NCBI GenBank assembly: GCA_964234715.1
Contig: OZ174279.1
Strand: one strand, 5' to 3'
DNA: 64,000 nucleotides
From: Podarcis melisellensis
Lineage: Eukaryota
Part shown: positions 24,901 through 33,900 of the stretch, in pieces
Layout of the letters: each line of letters opens with the position of its first letter
Position numbering within the stretch: position 1 is the first letter of the stretch
Translations under genes and position numbers: made by a program
The notes under the pieces: generated by a model
Database searches by the model: none
What the model was told of the DNA's origin: nothing
What the model saw: the letters and a program-made list of their open reading frames with translations, nothing else

Positions 24901-27900
24901 ATCCTAATCCCTGTGGGGAAAAGTCCAATAAGCTTTCCTAGCTGAACGGAAAGGTCCATACTGTATTTCTTTTAAACAAATTTTGCTGTTTTGTAATTAT
25001 TTATTTGTTATTTTTACTATATTTTTTACATCAACTCGGGACATACATGAGAGGCAATTAACAATAATGTCATTTCTAGCAACCAGCATAATCATAAAAT
25101 ATATACTGAATATTATGGAGAAACAGTAAGTATTGTTTAATTATGAGGATTGTGTCTTCAACCCGCAGGTATCCAAGGAGCTGCAGGCATTCCAGGAGCA
25201 CCAGGTGAACAAGGTAATCCTGGTCTTTTGGGAGCTCCAGGTTTTCAAGGATTACCTGGCAGTCCTGGGAGAAAAGGTAACTATTGTGAAAAACATGTGG
25301 CAGTGAATGTAATGATGTGGACTAAAGGTGATAACATGAATTGTATATTACTCTGTTCTTTGAAGGAATACAGGAGTGGAGAAGCGCAAGCCAAGGACCA
25401 CATACTATCAGCCCCTAAAATGACTATCAGTGGCCTTAAAAAACTGTTAAGTCAGCTTCTCCTCTACCCTCCTTGGGGCTGTTTAAGTTTTCCAAGTGTG
25501 CCCTGAGGAGACCATTAAGTCTGCCTCAGAGAACTCTGTTTTATATTTTGTACCCTCTTCTTTCTTCCCCAGCATAGATCCTAACAAAGATAACCCCTTG
25601 CACTGCCATTAACCTAAAGGGGATGAAGCTCCCACTGCTGCTTTTCTTCTCAGGCTAATTGCAGAGCAGGGGGTGTACGCAGTCTTGTTGGAACTGCATC
25701 ACATTGTCCCCTCCATTCTTTTTCTCCATCTTGCAATATTTCAAAGGCCTTTCGGGACCGCCTGGATTAAATGGCCTGAATGGACTACAGGGTCAAAAGG
25801 GCTTGCCAGGATCTCCAGGTAAATAATGAAATTACCATTATAAAATTATAATTTGAAAAAAATAAATACGAATGGAATTACTAGTAGAGGCTCAATCAAA
25901 TGTTAAGCTGCCAACTGGCATTAATTTTAACAATAAACGATAGATTTTAAATTTTATGTGAGGTTTGGCTTCAGCTGACACTAGTTAATGCTAGCATAGT
26001 GAAAATCAGCCCGGGAGTGTCATGGAATTTCTATTGAGGGCAACAGCTATGGAGAATTATCCTTTTGCAAACCAAGTTATCTGTAGCATTTCAAACAGAC
26101 ATATGCCTGATAGGACCATACTCAGATATTGGAACCGAAAGCCTAAAAGTATGTGCGAAAGCACACATGCTGTGGTTGCAGATCTTATCCTCCAGCAACA
26201 GCCCCCATGCTTCATGGGGTATTGCTCTGAAGTGCTTATTGATATTGAGCAGTCTTTTGGGAGGATAAAGGGGGCTAAGGCTGAAGGGGGAAGCTGAATA
26301 TCCTGGGCAAGGCACTCCTATACAGTGCTGCCTCTGGTTACAGATACTTCAGGTTACAGACGCTTCAAGTTACAGACTCCGCTAACCCAGAAATAGTACC
26401 TCGGGTTAAGAACTTTGCTTCAGGATGAGAACAGAAATCGTGCAGCAGCAGTGCGACAGCAGCACGAGGCCCCATTAGCTGAAGTGGTACCTCAGGTTAA
26501 GAAGTTTCAGGTTAAGAACGGACCTCCAGAACGAATTAAGTTCTTAACCCAAGGTACCACTGTATAGTGACTTAGGGGCCATTGAATCATTTTTATCGCA
26601 TGTGTCTTCCAAAGGGCCATGCTCTCTTCCCATTCCCCACCCCACAAATTTATTCTCATTGCAACTCTCTGAGGCAGGTTAGGCTATGAGAGAGCAACTG
26701 ACTTGCCTCAGATCCACATGAACAAGCATGGACATTGAGAGTTGGCCAACCTTGGATAGCTTCACCTGGAAAGGAAGTGCTTGGGTGTCTGCTTTTATGC
26801 ATATGTCTTTTATTCATTATGAAGCTTCATTCTGTGTGCATTTATTATTCCCTTTGTAAGGTTTAAGTGAAATGGGGCCTGCAGGATGCATAGGAGAACC
26901 TGGGCCAAAAGGCAACAGAGGAGAACCTGGACTACCAGGAATTTCCCGTCCGGGTCCCCCTGGAGATGCAGGACTACTAGGTCCCCCTGGTAAGGAGCAG
27001 TTTTCTCCATGGGAGGAAAACAGCTAATCTATTACTACCCCATTGAAGAGCAGGATGATGATGTTTGTTTCTTATTTAATGTCATGAACAACAGCCAATA
27101 GGTTTCTGGGGACACTCATGTAAGCAGATTTCACAAATAATTAAAGCAAGGGAAATGCACTATGGGAAACATTTGTGTTATCTTAGATATATATTGTGCT
27201 GGAAAGAACGGTTCTGCCACTCAAACAAATTATAGAGTCCACACAACATAGAGTAAAATGCCTTTGCAATGAGGTTCCTATTGGTCAATATTCAACATTT
27301 TGGTATCTCCTAAAATATAAAATAGCACAATAAACTCTCTTCTTCTTACAGGCAAGCCAGGTGCTTCTGGGCCTGCCGGTCCTATGGGACAGCCTTCTGT
27401 AAATATAATTCCTGGGCCTCCAGGTGACCAAGGCCCTGCTGGATTAGATGGTGTTAGAGGTATGACTGGCATAATAAAGCAGTTAAAGTAGAACAAACCC
27501 TCCTATGTGCTGGACATGTAGCAGAAATGTTATTTTCCAATTGAGTTTGAGAGCAGGAGGGGGTCCTCCTTTTGGAGAAAGTAATCAAATAATTAACTTT
27601 GCTATGCCTTTATTCTGTAAACCACTTTGAAGGCCTTTGGCATTGAAGCAGACTTTTAAAAGAAAAACAGCACACAAATATTATATGTAAACTGTTGGCT
27701 GCTCCTAAACCAGATACGAGAAACTGAAGAATCAGGTTGAAGGGCTATAGGTACTGTAAGTGGTAAATAATGTTGATTGAAGCTCCCAGGATCCTCACTC
27801 CTCAGGATCTCCCAAGTAGGACTGGGGTGAAGGACTTAGGAGGGCTATTCTCAGTCAATATAGCCAATGTGGTGCCGTCCAGATGTGTCCCACAACTCTC

Positions 27901-30900
27901 ATCTTCCTTGATCATTGGCATGCTTTCTGGAGCTGATAGGAGCTGTAGTCCAACAACATCTGGAGGCCACCACATTACCCACTCTATGTGGAGATATTAC
28001 CGAACTACAAGGACCTGTAGTCATATTCTGTATGGCAACTTCCTGTGTTCTTATGATCCAACCAAAGGATACTGATTCTGCCTTCCTGTCCAAAGACCAC
28101 AATCCCCACCTCCCAATTGTTAAGGAGACATGTGCACAAGCCTGCTTCAGCCCCCTATCCTTGCTTGGTATGTTTATTCCAACAATACTTAATTTTCATT
28201 CCAGGTCTCCCTGGCAAACCTGGTCCTCCAGGGAAGACTATTCTCATTAAAGGAGACCCAGGTGACTGTGGGGCTTTGGGGGCACCTGGGGCTCCTGGTC
28301 CTCCTGGCAAACCTGGACCTAAAGGTGTCTCGGGAAATCAAGGAAGAGAAGGCTCAAAAGGTATGGCTTGAGATAATGGGTTTAGCATATAGCAGATCCA
28401 ATAACAGAACTTTCTTAATTCATCCGAATTCTCATTGTTAAGGTCCAACGGGAAATCCTGGCCCACAGGGACCTCCTGGTGCCCCTGGAGAGCCTGGAGA
28501 TCAAGGTTTGCGAGGATCAACTGGTCGTATGGGTCCCAAAGGTAATACCTAACATTTTTTATACCTTGTTATATGCAGTGGCCATTCTGAATCCACATTT
28601 GGTCATGTTTGCAGCAGTCTTGCAATGCTCTACCCAGCCACACAGCTAGTGAGGGGGGGGGGCATGGCAGTAGATTTTCTTAGTTGCAACCCACACATAA
28701 AGCAAATATCCTAAGCCAGAAGAATGGAGCAGATCCACACTGCAAATAGGATTAGGCAGCTAATACAGTGCATTCCGGGATACGGATGGCACTGTGGGTT
28801 AAACCACAGAGCCTAGGACTTGCTGATCAGAAGGTCGGCGGTTCGAATCCCTGTGACGAGGTGAGCTCCCATTGCTCGGTCCCTGCTCCTGCCAACCTAG
28901 CAGTTTGAAAGCACTTCAAAGTGCAAGTAGATAAATAGGTACTGCTCCGACGGGAAGGTAAACGGCGTTTCCGTGTGCTGCTCTGGTTTGCCAGAAGTGG
29001 CTTAGTCATGCTGGCCACATGACCCAGAAGCTGTACGCCAGCTCCCTCGGCCAATAAAGCAAGATGAGCACCACAACCCCAGAGTCGGCCACGACTGGAC
29101 CTAATAGTCAGGGGTCCCTTTACCTTTACAGTGCATCCTGCTTTCTAAACCCGTCTCTGCTTATACATATGACTGCTATAACACATCTGGAAGAGGAGAA
29201 TTTGCCAGTAGCACTGAAGTTCTACTCTGTCCTTTCATAGCAACGTGGGTCACATTGTTCAGTTGGCTGAGTACTGGTTCAGCAACACAGTCTGTGATGT
29301 AGCAGGTCGGCGGGTTGAATATAGGCATACTTAGCATGCTATACATGAGGCCTTCACTCACCTGTTCAAATGCTGATTTAATATATTTGTATATTTAATA
29401 TACAAATATACACAGGTTATGAAAGAGTTTGATTTTTTAAATCTACCATTTATTTATTTTTAATTAAGATTAAGGACATATTGTATACGAAAGGAATGCC
29501 TGAAAAGGATGCTGGGGAATAATACAGCAATAATACTTATAACTGTAATAATACTTACTGAATTATAAGCTGTTAACATTTGCTTGTTTTTCATTTACTT
29601 ACGTATTAATTTCTAGTAAAGGCATAGGTATTTAATGGTACTGAATGACAGGCCTTTCCTTGAAATAGTTTTTAGTCCAGCAGTGTTGCAATCAAGCTGA
29701 AAGGAAGATTGCAAAGTCAGAGGACAGTGAAAACGAAGGTTCATGGCGGCCTATAGAAAAGTTCCTGGGTGGCATTTACCACCATTGGGATGGTGCTTCC
29801 TACAGGGCTCAAAGGGCAGAGCAGAGGACTTCTTTTTGGAGGAATCACCTCCCGCCTCCCAGAGCAGCTCTGTCTGAATCGAGAGGCAAAGCGTTGGTCA
29901 GGCTCCTACAGTCTCACTAAATTAAGAGCTTTAAAAAAGCTTCTTTTCCTTCACTGTCTCCTCTTTTCTCCCCTTGATCTCCACATATTGGAGCATTGGG
30001 TCAGCTAGTTAGGGACCCTTTGGGTTTTCACTAGCTGGGAACAAGGATGACACAGCCTAGTTCCTGCTAAAAAGTCTTAAGGAAGATGATCCAGGTGCTT
30101 TTGGGACAAGTTCAGTGGCATCACTCCAGTGAGGGAAAACAAGCTGCTTCACACCACCTTTGGGGGAGATGGATAGCCTTGGATACCCATTTCCTTATCC
30201 TTCAGGGAGGCAGTTATCCTTTTTTTATTATGTAGACATTAATTTTTGAAGTCATTCACTCACTGTAGACAGATGCTCCCATGTCTTGTCACAATCATGT
30301 TGGGGGAAATGATAATGCCATGTGCAAGCTATCACTGTTCTAATTGCATTCTTGTTCTAAACCATCTGCACGGTGCTGGTCTCCCTCCTGCATGTGAAAT
30401 GGCTGTCACAAATTGATTCTTGGCATTCAATCCACCAGGTTGCAGAGGTAAGCTTAGAGAAGGATGAGTGCTTTGGTGTGTGTTCAAGTGAAAATGTTTC
30501 TCTGAGTGTCAATTTATTTTTCTTCATGCTAAGATCTTAGTCTTTTAGTTCAAATTGCTAATAACTGATCTGATCCACATCTTCTGAACTAATGTGCAGA
30601 TTGGGAGGTAGCTATCCTTCAGATTTAGCACTTTTGTGGTCTAATTCTCTGCTCAAAAAAAGTATCAAAATGTGTTCTGACATGTATATTTTAGATAATA
30701 ATGTGCTTAGAAATACTTAATTGGGGGAAGAAAATACTTCAAAAATTATTTTAATGCATATTTAAATGCAAATTTTCATGCAAAATAAAAATAGATGCAA
30801 AAATGGAATGGATTTTTAAATGAACATGTGAAAGTGAGGCATGTGATCAGGCCTCTAACCATGTTGTGATTTACTCTGCACCTCTGTGCCAAAAAAGTCA

Positions 30901-33900
30901 TGACCCTCTATTATATCTCTGAAAATTCCCATGGCTCCATGCTGCTGCAGTGGAGCTCACAGACCAGTACTGGAAAATATACTGAATTTCCTGGGCAGCA
31001 AGATGGTGTTTTTAGGAGCCAGAGTGAAATTCTGTATTACAATCCTGTATAGTGTTCCCTATCATCTATGTCCTGTGACATCCTGTGATATTTGAGCCCT
31101 CACATATTTTTTTATTTTTCCTAACACTGGAGGAAAATGTGTGCAAATCACTAGCATTGGAATGTATCATTCCTTTTCTAAAATTAAAAAAGAAAGTGAA
31201 TAAACATTCGCTTTTCCCCAAGTGAGACCCTCCTCTTGTAACAAAGTCATTCTCCAATAAAGTCTATATAACGCAAATGCTACTGCTGCAGCAAAAGCAT
31301 AGTTTTATGTGGAAAGCCAATCACATTATACACTTGATCTCTCCCTCCTATTTATTTATTTGTGTTAGGTCATTTATGCACTTGAACCTGTAGCAATAAC
31401 ATAAAAGGGTGGTTTGTCAAACACTTGGCACATACTAAATTACATTGGGAGTTTATATAAATTCTCTGCCTGCCAACCTTGTTTCTGGGTCCAACCTTTC
31501 TATTTAACAGTACAATCCCTTACATGCCTGCTCAGAAACAAGTTCCATTGGATTCAGTGGGACTCAATTCCAGGTAAGTGTGTATATGATTATGACCTAA
31601 CTCCTGTTTTAAAGTCCTTTCATGTTTCAGGTGACCCAGGAGAACCTGGAAGTGTTGATTATTCCTCATGTCCCAAGATTCCAGGGCCTCCTGGTGTACT
31701 GGGCCCAAGAGGATCACCAGGTGTCATGGGATTAAGAGGGCCAGCAGGCTTCCCTGGCCCCCCAGGTAAGTAATTCTGTGTGTCTGTTTGTGGTAGGGAA
31801 GAGACAGAATCACCATGAACCCTTTCATGTATCATCCTTTCAGCTCACCTATCCCAGTGAAGTCTACACAACTCCATGTTGGCTTCAGTTTGGGTTGCAT
31901 TCATGAAGAACATCAACCTCCTCTGTTACATTTCCTATTCGTTCTATTATTTAAGCACATATTTTTATCTGATGCCGGTCGGATAGCTTTACAAAAGAGA
32001 CCACAACTTATCATAGCACTTTAAGAACATATGAGCCCTGCTGAATCAATCTAAAGTCTCCCCTTTAAAACCCCTCCAAGTTGGTGATCATCACTACATT
32101 TGGGGATAGTGAGTTCCGTAGTTTAACTGTGCACTGTGTAAAGATTTCAGTAGGTTGTAGCAGAACGAACAAATAGTGGCAGCTCCTCCTCACAGCCACA
32201 AGTTCCCCAACCCTGTTTTAAACTAGTACTTTCTTCTGACACGGTGACATGGCTTGGACAGGAAGCTCAACTCATCCCCAAATCGCTCCACTTCACCTGA
32301 TTTCCTCAACTATGGCAGCTGGATCCAGAGGGTCACAGGTTCCTCATCCCTGGTTTTAATAACAGTAATAATAATAATACTAATAATAATACCCCGTCCA
32401 TCTGGCTGAGTTTCCCCAGCCACTCTGGCCAAGAATTCTAGAGCATGGAGTGTGAAATATATTTTAAGGCTTTTAAAAAAAATAAAATGAAAGGACTGTT
32501 TCGAATAATTTCAAGAAAGATGAAACTATTACTACTTCAGAGAAAACAAGCATACCTGTTTAATGTTATTAAACTATTAATACAATAGTTATTTATCTAT
32601 TAATACAATAACTAACTATAGTTGCATTTAGACATGAATGCACTGCATTATATTTCAGGAGAGAAAGGAGAAGAAGGGTTATTGGGTCAACAGGGTCAAG
32701 GTGGCTTGCCTGGGCCACCAGGACCCCCTGGTGATGAAGGTAACATAGGAGAAAAAGGATACACAGGACTACAAGGTAAGTATTCTGCCACAAGCAGTCA
32801 TTTGCCATACTTCTGGGGAAAGTAATAGCTTTGCAAATGATTTCTTTTACTTTTTGCCCTGGTTGTAATGGCTCTTGGCCAAAACTGTTAATAGAACCTG
32901 CATTCAGCTGCTCAGCTGGTATTGTATCATATCAAAGAATCCAACAGCCAAGTTATATGTTATGCTAAATGTGTAGCATGTAGCTTTTATTTTCATCCCC
33001 CCCTCTTTAATTACTTACAGGCACCGAGGTGGTTATGAACAGAGCACAGGATAGGAGGTTTAGTTCATCCATGCCCCAGCCGCAATCGCAACAAGAATTG
33101 CTCCACCCAGTGCAGCAGCAAGCCTTAGAAAAAGTTTCTATTGGCACCAGTGGGAATTCTTTCTAAGGCTCATAGTTTGTGGGGGACAGCATTTTCGCTG
33201 CATTTGTAGTTAGGTATGGGAGAGATAAGCCAACTTTCCCTGTGTGTTGCATTTCCAGAAACAACTGCCTTCTCACAACACAGCTGCAATGTGACTTAAG
33301 ATTTTGTTGCCTCCAACCTCTGAGGATTGGTTTTAAATTCAAAACCTGAGGCCCTGGGATCTTGCATGCGTTGATCAAGTCTGTTCTGAAGAATAGAAAA
33401 GCATCTCTTTAATGTGTCCCACCTTTAAATAGAATATTCTCTACCTTTTCTCTGCAAGGTTTTCCAGGTGAAATTGGAATGCCAGGTCCACCAGGGCCTG
33501 ACACAAGAGTTGCTGGTGGGTTCCTGATTGTTGTTCATAGTCAATCGGATCAAGTCCCACTGTGCCCAGAGGGAATGCCAAGGTTGTGGACTGGATATAG
33601 CCTGCTGTATCTTGAAGGGCAGGAGAAGGCCCATAATCAAGATCTTGGTGAGGACTGCAATATCACTCCTTAAAGAAAGAAAATGCAGTGGTTCTCTGCA
33701 TTTTTCATTGCAAATGGTTGCATATAACATTAAAATCTGGGGTGGTAGGTATGTATCTTTTTGGTGCCAATATTGGAATTGGCCAACCTTTCATTGTCGT
33801 ATGTGCTATCTATAAAGTATGCTTAGAAACTGATGTGACCAGCTAGGGCCTTTCCTCGAGAGCCTTAGCGCAAGAGTGTCAACCTATACTATTCGACCTG

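Noticed and set aside
4123-28520. Minus-strand Pro/Gly-rich ORFs (e.g. 4123-4350, 6667-6882, 17201-17398, 18601-19203, 27278-27496)
   Set aside because: Antisense shadows of Gly-X-Y exons, which are naturally poor in stop codons
8387-29054. Recurrent similar ORFs (MALWVKPQS..., [14 protein letters not shown]...) suggesting a small gene family
   Set aside because: They are translations of Sauria SINE copies
29806-29814. Second 9-nt microexon candidate (tacag|GGCTCAAAG, GLK) that would restore the human ex42 length
   Set aside because: Followed by GG rather than GT/GC, so there is no donor in the required phase
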